Assembly (NCBI GenBank): GCA_038205755.1
Contig: JBBRBN010000002.1
Span: 14,206-78,205, forward strand
DNA from: Lysobacterales bacterium
Lineage (GTDB): Bacteria; Pseudomonadota; Gammaproteobacteria; Xanthomonadales; Xanthomonadaceae
Length of the DNA: 64,000 bases
Reading direction: 5' to 3'
The translations under genes and the position numbers were made by a program. The notes under the pieces are model-generated. The model ran no database searches. It worked only from the letters and a program-made list of their open reading frames with translations, and was not told the DNA's origin. Below are positions 30,077 through 38,734 of the stretch, one piece after another. Every line of letters begins with the position of its first letter. The first letter of the stretch is position 1.

Positions 30077-30256
30077 GCCGGAGCCCAGGCGCGGACACCA
30101 GCCCGGCGCCGAACGCGTGGCGGCCGCCCCCGCGAGCGTCTAAGCTTCACATCCCGATCATTGGCGGCAGGCGCGGGCCGCAGTCACAGACCGCCTCGGT
30201 CGGCGTCTTTACAAACGTAATCGTCAAGCGCACCGCATCCGGGGAGGATGCTCACG

Positions 30257-30895
30257 ATGGACATGTTCCTGAACATCACGCTGTCGTTTCCCACCGTGAT
30301 CTTCAGCGTTCTGCTGGCGGTGGCGCTGTTCTACTGGCTGCTGGCGATCATCGGGCTGGTCGATCTGGATATTTTCCACATCCACATCGGCCATGGCCCG
30401 GATGTCGATGGCATGGAACTCGGCGGCGTCACGGGGCTGCTGATGAAAGTTGGCCTGGATGGCGTGCCACTTACGTTGATACTCAGTGTGGTGACCCTGC
30501 TGGCGTGGCTGATCAGCTATTTCGCTGGCTTTTTCCTGCTGCAGCATCTGCCTTGGGACGTGTTGCGCTACGGCCTAGGTGCAGGTGCCGCCGTGCTGGC
30601 CGTGGTCATCGCGCTGCCTTTCACTGGCCTGCTGCTGCGGCCGTTCCGCAGTTTGTTCGCCAAGGTCAGGCCGGTTGACAGCGTGTCGCTGCTGAGTGAG
30701 GTCGCTGTGGTGCGCAGTCCGGTGGTAACCCTGGCGCAGGGCAGCGCTGAGGTCAACAACGGCGGCGCCGGGCTGATTCTGCAGGTGCGCGCCGAGCCGG
30801 GCCGATTCGTGCGCGGTGATCGTGTGGTGCTGGTGGAGTACATCGAGTCAACCAACGCCTATCGCGTGATCGCGGAAGGCGGCCCGAAAGAATAG
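30257..30895 (+). CDS. NfeD-like inner-membrane protein (YqiJ/DUF1449-like): N-terminal TM helices plus C-terminal OB-fold
   Basis: There are four or more hydrophobic helices. The C-terminus VVRSPVVTLAQGSAEVNNGGAGLILQVRAEPGRFVRGDRVVLVEYIES resembles an NfeD beta-barrel. GGAGGA lies upstream of the ATG at 30257. Confidence 0.7.
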   Translation: MDMFLNITLSFPTVIFSVLLAVALFYWLLAIIGLVDLDIFHIHIGHGPDVDGMELGGVTGLLMKVGLDGVPLTLILSVVTLLAWLISYFAGFFLLQHLPWDVLRYGLGAGAAVLAVVIALPFTGLLLRPFRSLFAKVRPVDSVSLLSEVAVVRSPVVTLAQGSAEVNNGGAGLILQVRAEPGRFVRGDRVVLVEYIESTNAYRVIAEGGPKE

Positions 30896-30982
30896 TGCAG
30901 GAACAGGTCTGGGTTGTTCGCGGTTGACTGCGACCGCCATTGCAATTGTGGTGACCATTATTTTCGCTCCGGAGTCTTCGTC

Positions 30983-33019
30983 ATGAACACCGCCGTGCTG
31001 CTGCCTGTGCTGATCACGTTCGTCAGCGTCATTGTCGTCATCTTTGGCCTGTTCGGCCTGTTCAAGGCCTTCTACATCAAGGTCCCGCAGGGCACCGCGC
31101 TGATCGTCAACGACATGTCGCCCATGCCCAAGGTGCACTTCACCGGGGCGCTGGTGTATCCGGTGATCTACAAGAAGGAGTTCATGAAGATCTCCCTGAT
31201 CACGCTGGAGGTTGACCGGCGTGGCAAGGACGGGCTGATCTGCAAGGACAACATGCGCGCCGACATCACCGTGGCCTTCTACCTGCGCGTCAACGAGACC
31301 CAGCAGGACGTGCTCAAGGTGGCCAAGGCGATTGGGGTGGATCGGGCGTCCGAGAAGGGCGCGGTGAATGAGCTGTTCAACGCCAAGTTCTCCGAGGCGC
31401 TGAAGACGGTCGGCAAGAAGATCGACTTCGTCAATCTGTTCGAGAACCGGCAGGAGTTCCGCGACCGCATCGTCGAGGTGATTGGCAACGACTTGAATGG
31501 CTACGTGCTTGAAGACGTGGCGATCGACTATCTCGAGCAGACGCCGAAGTCCTCCCTCGATCCGCACAATATTCTGGACGCCGAAGGCATCCGCAAGATC
31601 ACCGAGCTGACCGCCCGGCAGAACGTCATCACCAACGAGCTTGAGCGCAACGAAGAGCTGGCGATCACCAAGAAAAACGTCGAGACCAAGGAAGCGCTGC
31701 TGGCGCTCGCCCGTCAACAGTCCGACGCCGAGGCCAAGCAGCAGCGCGAGATCGCCATCATCCAGGCGCGCGAAACCGCCGAAACCCTGAAGGTCCAGCA
31801 GGAGGAGCGACTGAAGTCCGAGCAGGCGCGCATCTCGGTGCAGGAGCAGCTCGACATCCGCGAGCAGAACCACCAGCGCGAAGTCGAAGTGGCCGATCAG
31901 AACCGCCAGCGTGCGGTGGTCATCGAGGTCGAAAAGGTGACCCGTGCGAAGGCGCTGGAAATCGTCTCGCGCGAGCGCGAAGTAGAGCTGCAGAAGATCG
32001 ACAAGGAGAAGGCGCTGGAAATCCAGCGCAAGGAAATCGCCAACGTGGTGCGCGAGCGCATCGCGGTGGACAAGACGGTGGCGCAGGAGGAGGAGCGCAT
32101 CAAGGAGGTGCGCGAGGTGTCGGAGGCCGACCGCAACAAGCAGGTCGCCATCCTCAATGCGCAGGCGCTGGCCGAGGAAGAGCTGGTGCGCCAGGTCAAG
32201 CAGGCTGAAGCCGACGAGACCAAGTCGCGGCACAAGGCGGTCGAAATCACGGTGACGGCACAGGCCGAGCTGGAGGCCGCCGGCAAGCACGCCGAGGCGA
32301 AGAAGAAGCTCGCCGAGGGCATCGAGGCCGAGCGCGCGGCGCCGGGCCTGGCGGATGCGCGGGTCCGTGAAGTGACGGCGGCAGCGATGGAAAAGGAGGG
32401 GCTGGCCGAAGCCAAGGTGGTTGCCGAAAGACTCGTTGCCGAAGCGCGCGGCGAGCAGGAAAAGGGCTTCGCGCAGGCGCGGGTGATCGAGGCGCAGGCG
32501 GAAGCCAAGCAGAAGGAAGGCCTGGCCGAAGCCAAGGTGCTGGAGGAAAAGCTCGGCGCCCAGGCGCGCGGTGACGCGCATCTGGCCAATGCCAAGGCAT
32601 TGGCGATCCGCGAGGTTGGTTCAGCGGAAGCCAGCATCATGCTGCAGAAGTACGAGGCTGAGGCGCAGGGTCTGGGCAAGAAGTTCGCTGCGCTCGATGA
32701 GCTGAGCGATGGCGCCCGCGCCCACGAAGAGTTCCGCATGCAGCTCGAGAAGAGCTTCGAGCAGGCGATGGCCGGCATCGCGGCAAACAAGGAAATCGCC
32801 CGCGATCAGGCCGACGTGCTGGCCGCCGCACTGTCCAAGGCGAAGGTCGACATCGTTGGCGGCAGCGGCGAGTTCTTCGAGTCGTTCGCCAAGGCGCTGT
32901 CGGTTGGCAAGGCGATCGAAGGGGTAGCCGGCAAGAGCCCGGTGGTGCAGGAGCTGCTGGCGAAGTTCATGGGTGGCAAGCCGGCGGCGTCCGCTGGCAG
33001 TGAGTCGACACCGGAGTAG
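30983..33019 (+). CDS. Flotillin / SPFH (band-7) family protein, YqiK-like, with long C-terminal EA-rich coiled coil
   Basis: 678 aa from MNTAVLL. It has an N-terminal TM segment, an SPFH domain (ALIVNDMS...ADITVAFYLRV) and repeated EAK/ARxxE heptads typical of flotillins. Confidence 0.85.
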   Translation: MNTAVLLPVLITFVSVIVVIFGLFGLFKAFYIKVPQGTALIVNDMSPMPKVHFTGALVYPVIYKKEFMKISLITLEVDRRGKDGLICKDNMRADITVAFYLRVNETQQDVLKVAKAIGVDRASEKGAVNELFNAKFSEALKTVGKKIDFVNLFENRQEFRDRIVEVIGNDLNGYVLEDVAIDYLEQTPKSSLDPHNILDAEGIRKITELTARQNVITNELERNEELAITKKNVETKEALLALARQQSDAEAKQQREIAIIQARETAETLKVQQEERLKSEQARISVQEQLDIREQNHQREVEVADQNRQRAVVIEVEKVTRAKALEIVSREREVELQKIDKEKALEIQRKEIANVVRERIAVDKTVAQEEERIKEVREVSEADRNKQVAILNAQALAEEELVRQVKQAEADETKSRHKAVEITVTAQAELEAAGKHAEAKKKLAEGIEAERAAPGLADARVREVTAAAMEKEGLAEAKVVAERLVAEARGEQEKGFAQARVIEAQAEAKQKEGLAEAKVLEEKLGAQARGDAHLANAKALAIREVGSAEASIMLQKYEAEAQGLGKKFAALDELSDGARAHEEFRMQLEKSFEQAMAGIAANKEIARDQADVLAAALSKAKVDIVGGSGEFFESFAKALSVGKAIEGVAGKSPVVQELLAKFMGGKPAASAGSESTPE

Positions 33020-33021
33020 TT

Positions 33022-33038
33022 GCGGTGTTGAACCGCAG
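33022..33038 (+). terminator. Short hairpin TGCGGT-gttga-ACCGCA right after the flotillin stop
   Basis: Seen directly. It is a weak 6-bp stem. Confidence 0.25.
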
Positions 33039-33197
33039 AGCTGGGAGCTGGGGGCTGGGGGCTGGGGTGCAAGCCCCGGCGCTTCCGCCGCGCCGGCTTT
33101 GCCACGTCCGGCCGCGCCGAGCCCGCTCGCTGGTCGCAAACTCGCCGCAGTCCGCGCAGCCTGCGCCCCATCCCCCAGTCCCCAGCCCCCAGTCCCG
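33039..33197. repeat. G-rich arm (GAGCTGGGAGCTGGGGGCTGGGGGCTGGGG) and complementary C-rich arm (CCCCATCCCCCAGTCCCCAGCCCCCAGTCCC) separated by about 98 bp: a long imperfect inverted repeat and potential G-quadruplex motif
   Basis: Seen directly between the flotillin gene and the 1745-aa ORF. Four G-runs of 3 or more on the plus strand, and the same on the minus strand at the other arm. Confidence 0.7.
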
Positions 33198-33232
33198 CTC
33201 TATCCACACGCAAGCCTGCGGCCGACCTCCCC

Positions 33233-36200
33233 ATGTCTGACCCCACCCAGCAAACCGACCAGGCCGTCGCCGAGGGCGGCGCCTATGAGGTGCTGCGCAA
33301 GCGGCTGATCGAGCAGGGCGGGCGGCTGCGCGGCATTGCCGAATCGCTCAACGTGCAGCGTCTGGCCGAGTTCGGCAGCAGCCAGATGGCGGCGATCGGG
33401 CGGCTCCGGGTGCGCACCGAAAACAATTGCGTGCCGCGCGATCTGGTGCAGGTCGGGGACTGCCTGCTGTTTGGCTACAACGTGTTCATCGGTCTCAAGC
33501 GTGAGACCCAGATCGAAGACGTGTTTTCGCTGTATCGGCTGGTCGAGGGCGCTGAGGGCTACGACGTCGAGCCAGTGCCGCTGGCCGGCAGTTTTCTTGC
33601 CGCCGACAGCTTTGCGCAGGACTTCCGCGAGCTGTACGCGTATTACAAGAACACCCGTCTGCTGCAGCTGGTGCGGCGCGACGGCGCCCTGCTGGCGGCG
33701 TTCCAGATTGGCGAGCGGATCACCGACATGCGGGTGTTCCGCTGGAGCGTGGCGCCCGACGGGCAGATCCGCTACGTCGACAACCGCGGCGAGCGCGACA
33801 TCGCGCTGCCGCCGGCGTACGACTTCGAGTGGACCCGGGCCAACCGCGAGCACTTGGTCGAGGGGCGCTTCCCGCACCTCAACATCCTCGATCAGGTGTT
33901 CGTCGAGACGATCGGCGGCGACCTGACGATCAAGATCGAGAACAACACCGGGGATGGACTGGGCATCTACCGCGAGGCGGTGGTCGATCAGACCCAGTCG
34001 CTGGACGACGCCAAGGTCGACTTCGCCCGCGTCGGCAGTCTGGTGCTGCTGCGCATCCAGCCCTACCGCGAAGAGCAGTGGCGCTATCTGGCCTTCAACA
34101 CGCTGACCCGCACGGTGCTGCGGATCGACGCCATCGGCCAGGCCTGCGTCCAGCTGCCGGAAGATCACGGCATCGTTTTTCCCGGCGGCTACCTGCTGCA
34201 GAACGGCGAGTACAAGACCTTCGAGCGGCCGATGGCCGGCATGCGCTTCAAGCGGGCGCTGCGTTCGCCCAACGGCGAGGACGTGCTGTACGTCTTCTAC
34301 GAGCCAGAGGAGGGCCGTAGCGCGCTGTTCACCTACAACCTGATCGAGCGCCGCCTGCAGACGCCAATCTTTGGCCACGGCCATGCCCGGCTCGAAGATG
34401 GCCGCATGGTGATCTTCAGCGCCGAGAGCAGCGAGCCGACCCGGGTGCATCCGATGCAGGTCTGGCAGACGCCGTTCTACAGCGATGTGCACGCCGCCAA
34501 CCGGCCAACCGGGACCAGCTTCATGGGCCGGATTGGCAATGCCGAGCTGGTCCGCGGCGTGTCCGATCTGCTCTCCCTGAGCCGCGAGATCGACGCCGAG
34601 CAGGTGTCGATGCAGCGCTATGAACAGCTCGCGCACAGCGCCCGCCGACTGTTCGACCTGCACCACTGGTTGGCCGATGCCAATGTGCCCGACATTGCGC
34701 CGCTGCTGCGCGATATCGCGGCCAGCGGCGAGGCGGTGCTGGACGAGTTCGAGAAAGTGGAAGGTATCCGCCGACAGTCGTCGCGAGCCTTGGGTGAGGC
34801 GCAGACCCGCCAGCGAGAGCTGCTCGAGCAATCGCATCCAGACCGCTTCGAGCGCGTCGAAGACCATGTGGCCGCGCTGAACGCGCTGACCACCCAGCGC
34901 GGCCATCTGCTGACCATCCGCGACTACCGCTACATCGATGTCGCGCTGATTGACGCGCTGGAAGTCGACGTGCAGGCCGCACACGCGCGGGTCTCACAGG
35001 CCACCGGCGCATTCCTCGCCGGCGACCGCGCCCTGCAGCCCCTGAACGAGCAGCTGCGCGCGCTCGACGCCAAGGCCCAGACCGCGGTCGGCGTCAGTCA
35101 GCTGGCCGAGCCGTTGGCGCAGATGGCGGCAATGGCGGCCAATCTCGACATGCTGGCGACCCTGATGGCCGGTCTGCAGATCGATGATGCGGCGCAGCGC
35201 ACGCGGATCGTGGAGGCGATTTCGGAGCTGTACGCGCGGCTCAACCAGGCGCGTGCGCGCGGCGAGCAGCGCCGCAAGGCGCTGGGATCGAGCGAGGCGA
35301 TCGCGCAATTCGGCGCCCAGTTCACCCTGTTTGGTCAGAGCCTCACCGCGGCGCTCGGCTTGGCCACCGATCCGGAGCGGTGCGACGAGCAGCTGTCGCG
35401 CATCCTGGTCCAGCTGGAGACGCTGGAGAGCCAGTTCGGCGAGCACGAGCAGTTTCTGGGCGACATCCAGACCAAGCGCGAGGAGCTGCTGGAGGCGTTT
35501 GAGGCGCACAAGCAGGCGCTGCTGGACGAGCGTCAGCGCAAGGCGCAGGCGGTGCAGGATGCTGCCCAGCGCATTCTCGGCGGCTTTGCCCGGCGCACCG
35601 CGCGGCTGGCCAGCAGCGACGAGCTGAATGCGTTCTTTGCCGGCGACCCGCTGATCCTCAAGCTGCGCGAGCTGATCGGCCGCCTGCGGGCGCTCAACGA
35701 CAGCGTCAAGGCGGATGCCATCGAGGCGCGCCTGAAGGGCGCCCGCGATCAGGCAGTGCGCGCGCTGCGCGACAAGACCGAGCTGTTCGAGGGCGACGGC
35801 AGCGTCATCAAGCTCGGCCCGCGGCACCGCTTCAGCGTCAACACGCAGGAGCTCGACCTTACCCTGATGGCGCGTGGCGACACGCTGTGCCTGCACCTCA
35901 CCGGCACCGACTACCTCGAGCCGCTGCAGCGTCCCGAACTGGAAGCGCTGCGCGACTACTGGTCGGTCAGTCTGGAGTCCGAATCCGAGCGTCTGTCGCG
36001 CGCCGAGTATCTGGCGGCGGCGCTGCTGGAGTCGGCGCAGGCGGGCCAAGACGGACTCAGCATCGACCGGCTGCGCCATCAGCTGGGTGAGCCCGATGCA
36101 CTGAACCGGACGCTGCGCGAGTTTGCCGCACCGCGCTATCGCGACGGCTATGAGAAAGGCATCCATGACCACGATGCCGCGCTGATCCTGCGCCACTGGC

Positions 36201-38470
36201 TGCCGCTGCGCGACAGCGCCGGCACGCTTACCCATGCACCGCAGGCGCGCGCCTGGGCGGTGATTGCCTGGTCGCAGCTGCAGAGCGGCATGGACGCGGC
36301 GCTGTGGCCGCAGCGTGCGCGGCAGGCGCGGCAGATGCGCGAGCTGCTCGGCAGCGCGGTGGGCCAGACCGCGCTGGCCCGCGAGATCACCGACCAGCTC
36401 CTGGCCTTCGCCAAATCCAACGCACTGCCGGAGCTGGTTCCGAGTGCGGCGGCGGCCGCCGCCTATCTGGTCGACGAACTGTCCGCCGAGCACCCGCAGT
36501 TCGTTTTCAGCAAGTACGCCCGCGAGCTGGCGACGCGTCTGCGGCAGCAGCTGGACGGCGGCCATCGATGGGCCGAGTTGCAAACCACGCTGGAGCACCT
36601 GGGCGGCCGACTGGCGGCGCGCTGGGCGCTGCTGACGCAGTGGCTGCAGGCCTTGCAGTCCGATGACGGGAGTGACGCGGCGCTCGCCGACTATCTGCCC
36701 GAGGCGGTCGCGCTGCTGCTGGTCGACCAGAGTATTCCGTCGCGCGTCAGCGAGGTCGATCTGCAGGTCCGCATCGAAGGGTTGCTCGGTCAGCATGGGC
36801 GGATCGCCGCTGGCGCAATGACGCTTGGCGTCGATGAGTTCCAACAGCGTCTGGATGGCCATCGGCAGGTTTTCCTGCCGGGCCTGCGGCGCTTCCACGC
36901 CCTGCGCCATGAAATCGCCAGCGAGGCGCGCCACGCGCTGCGGCTGGAGGAGTTCAAGCCGCGTCCGCTCAGCTCGTTTGTCCGCAACAAGCTCATCAAC
37001 GACGTCTACCTGCCGATCATTGGCGATAACCTGGCCAAGCAGATGGGCACGGTGGGCGAAGGTCGACGCTCCGACCTGATGGGCCTGCTGATGCTGATCT
37101 CGCCGCCGGGCTACGGCAAGACCACGCTGATGGAGTACGTGGCGCACCGGCTGGGGTTGATCTTCATGAAGATCAACGGCCCCGCGCTCGGCCACGAGGT
37201 GCGCTCGCTGGACCCGGCGCAGGCGCCGGATGCCACCTCGCGGCAGGAGCTTGAAAAGCTCAACCTGGCGCTGGAAATGGGCAACAACGTGATGCTGTAT
37301 GTCGACGACATCCAGCACACCCATCCGGAGTTCCTGCAGAAATTCATCTCGCTGTGCGACGGCACCCGTCGCATTGAGGGCGTCTGGCGCGGCCGCACGC
37401 GCACCTACGACATGCGCGGCAAAAAGTTCTGCGTGGTGATGGCCGGCAACCCGTATACCGAGTCGGGTGCGGTGTTCCGCATTCCCGACATGCTGGCCAA
37501 CCGCGCCGACGTCTACAACCTCGGCGACGTGCTGGGCGGCATGCAGGCGTCGTTCCTGCTCAGCTACATCGAAAATGCCATGACCTCCAACCCGGTGCTG
37601 GCGCCGCTCGCCACCCGCGAGATGAAGGACCTGTACCTGCTGGTCGAGAAGGCGCAGGGCCGCGATTTCAGCGCCAACAGCCTCAGCCACAGCTACAGCG
37701 GCGCGGAGATCAACGAGATTGTCGGCGTGCTGCAGCGGATCATGCAGGCCCGCGACCTGGTGTTCCGGGTCAACCAGCAGTACATCGCCAGCGCCGCTCA
37801 GGCCGATGCCTACCGCAGCGAGCCGCCGTTCCGGCTGCAGGGCAGCTATCGCAACATGAACAAGCTGGCCGAGAAGATCACCGCGGTGATGAACGCCGCC
37901 GAGCTGTCGCAGCTGCTGCACGACCATTACATCGGCGAGTCGCAGCTGCTCACCACCGGGGCGGAGGAGAACCTGCTCAAGCTCGGCGAACTGCGCGGCA
38001 GCCACACGCCCGAGCAGGCCGAACGCTGGGCCCAGATCAAGCGCGACTTCGCCCGCAACAAATCGATCGGCGGCGCCGATGCCGATACCGGCACGCGGGT
38101 CGTCGCCCAGTTGCGCGACCTGGTCGAAGGCGTGCAGGCGCTGCGCGCGGCGGCCGTCGAGTCGGCCGCTGCACCGGCCGTCGAGTCGGCCGCTGCACCG
38201 GCCGCCGACACCCAACCCGCAGCGCACTGGGACGCGCTGATCGACCTGCTGCAGCGCATCGCCAGCGAGCAGGCCCTGGCCCGCACCTTCAGCCGCGACA
38301 GCGCGAGCGACAGCGCGATGTGGCTGGGTGGCCTGCGCAATGCCCTCGAACTCGGCTTCCGTCCGCTGGTGAAAGGCATGGACAAACGCGCCGAGCAGCA
38401 CGATGCGCTACAGGTCATCTTGCGCGAAATCGCACGCCGTATACCGCCCCCGGACCCGCCGCAATCGTAG
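33233..38470 (+). CDS. Giant (1745 aa) uncharacterised protein. About 450 aa N-terminal beta-rich region, about 800 aa alpha-helical/coiled-coil region, a MoxR/AAA_5-type P-loop ATPase domain (about aa 1270-1500) and a 250-aa C-terminal tail
   Basis: Walker A LISPPGYGKTT (nt about 37100-37125), Walker B NVMLYVDDIQH (about 37290-37320) and sensor VVMAGNPYTESG (about 37440). Strong GC3 bias on this strand. The antisense ORFs are Arg/Ala/Gly low-complexity. Confidence 0.8.
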   Translation: MSDPTQQTDQAVAEGGAYEVLRKRLIEQGGRLRGIAESLNVQRLAEFGSSQMAAIGRLRVRTENNCVPRDLVQVGDCLLFGYNVFIGLKRETQIEDVFSLYRLVEGAEGYDVEPVPLAGSFLAADSFAQDFRELYAYYKNTRLLQLVRRDGALLAAFQIGERITDMRVFRWSVAPDGQIRYVDNRGERDIALPPAYDFEWTRANREHLVEGRFPHLNILDQVFVETIGGDLTIKIENNTGDGLGIYREAVVDQTQSLDDAKVDFARVGSLVLLRIQPYREEQWRYLAFNTLTRTVLRIDAIGQACVQLPEDHGIVFPGGYLLQNGEYKTFERPMAGMRFKRALRSPNGEDVLYVFYEPEEGRSALFTYNLIERRLQTPIFGHGHARLEDGRMVIFSAESSEPTRVHPMQVWQTPFYSDVHAANRPTGTSFMGRIGNAELVRGVSDLLSLSREIDAEQVSMQRYEQLAHSARRLFDLHHWLADANVPDIAPLLRDIAASGEAVLDEFEKVEGIRRQSSRALGEAQTRQRELLEQSHPDRFERVEDHVAALNALTTQRGHLLTIRDYRYIDVALIDALEVDVQAAHARVSQATGAFLAGDRALQPLNEQLRALDAKAQTAVGVSQLAEPLAQMAAMAANLDMLATLMAGLQIDDAAQRTRIVEAISELYARLNQARARGEQRRKALGSSEAIAQFGAQFTLFGQSLTAALGLATDPERCDEQLSRILVQLETLESQFGEHEQFLGDIQTKREELLEAFEAHKQALLDERQRKAQAVQDAAQRILGGFARRTARLASSDELNAFFAGDPLILKLRELIGRLRALNDSVKADAIEARLKGARDQAVRALRDKTELFEGDGSVIKLGPRHRFSVNTQELDLTLMARGDTLCLHLTGTDYLEPLQRPELEALRDYWSVSLESESERLSRAEYLAAALLESAQAGQDGLSIDRLRHQLGEPDALNRTLREFAAPRYRDGYEKGIHDHDAALILRHWLPLRDSAGTLTHAPQARAWAVIAWSQLQSGMDAALWPQRARQARQMRELLGSAVGQTALAREITDQLLAFAKSNALPELVPSAAAAAAYLVDELSAEHPQFVFSKYARELATRLRQQLDGGHRWAELQTTLEHLGGRLAARWALLTQWLQALQSDDGSDAALADYLPEAVALLLVDQSIPSRVSEVDLQVRIEGLLGQHGRIAAGAMTLGVDEFQQRLDGHRQVFLPGLRRFHALRHEIASEARHALRLEEFKPRPLSSFVRNKLINDVYLPIIGDNLAKQMGTVGEGRRSDLMGLLMLISPPGYGKTTLMEYVAHRLGLIFMKINGPALGHEVRSLDPAQAPDATSRQELEKLNLALEMGNNVMLYVDDIQHTHPEFLQKFISLCDGTRRIEGVWRGRTRTYDMRGKKFCVVMAGNPYTESGAVFRIPDMLANRADVYNLGDVLGGMQASFLLSYIENAMTSNPVLAPLATREMKDLYLLVEKAQGRDFSANSLSHSYSGAEINEIVGVLQRIMQARDLVFRVNQQYIASAAQADAYRSEPPFRLQGSYRNMNKLAEKITAVMNAAELSQLLHDHYIGESQLLTTGAEENLLKLGELRGSHTPEQAERWAQIKRDFARNKSIGGADADTGTRVVAQLRDLVEGVQALRAAAVESAAAPAVESAAAPAADTQPAAHWDALIDLLQRIASEQALARTFSRDSASDSAMWLGGLRNALELGFRPLVKGMDKRAEQHDALQVILREIARRIPPPDPPQS
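38153..38200 (+). repeat. Perfect 24-nt tandem duplication (GCCGTCGAGTCGGCCGCTGCACCG x2), encoding AVESAAAP twice, within the giant ORF
   Basis: Seen directly. Confidence 0.85.
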
Positions 38471-38734
38471 GGCGGGTCGCAACCCGCCATTCATCCACCT
38501 CGTAACGTTAAGTGCGGGCGCCGACCGTCAGCGGCACGCTCGCCTCCGCGAAAGCAGCCGTCTGCCGCCGTCCCGAACGATCCGCACATCCGTCGGGGTC
38601 ATTCGATACCCGCGCGACGCTTTCCTGTTGCCCGTCGCCTGCCGCGCCTTTGCAGACACTTTCGTTTGCAATCGAAATGCAAGTCGCGATTTCCGGCCAG
38701 CTGCGTCGCGCGCCCAGGCTTCTGGTCGAAACGG

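Noticed and set aside
32967-33308. Short ORFs spanning the G-rich/C-rich inverted repeat (for example 32973-33308 and 33025-33240)
   Set aside because: They translate to Pro/Ala/Gly low-complexity sequence straight across a structured intergenic element. There is no coding signature.
33200-38401. Very long antisense ORFs opposite the giant ATPase gene (594 aa and 1135 aa). Similar antisense ORFs lie opposite potG, potF, spuC, puuA and the flotillin gene (for example 460-1275, 1844-3223, 3174-4607, 4926-6083, 7457-8596 and 30848-32581).
   Set aside because: In high-GC DNA, stop codons are rare on the antisense strand. These translations are Arg/Ala/Gly/Leu low-complexity and lack motifs. The opposite strand has clear family signatures and GC3 bias.
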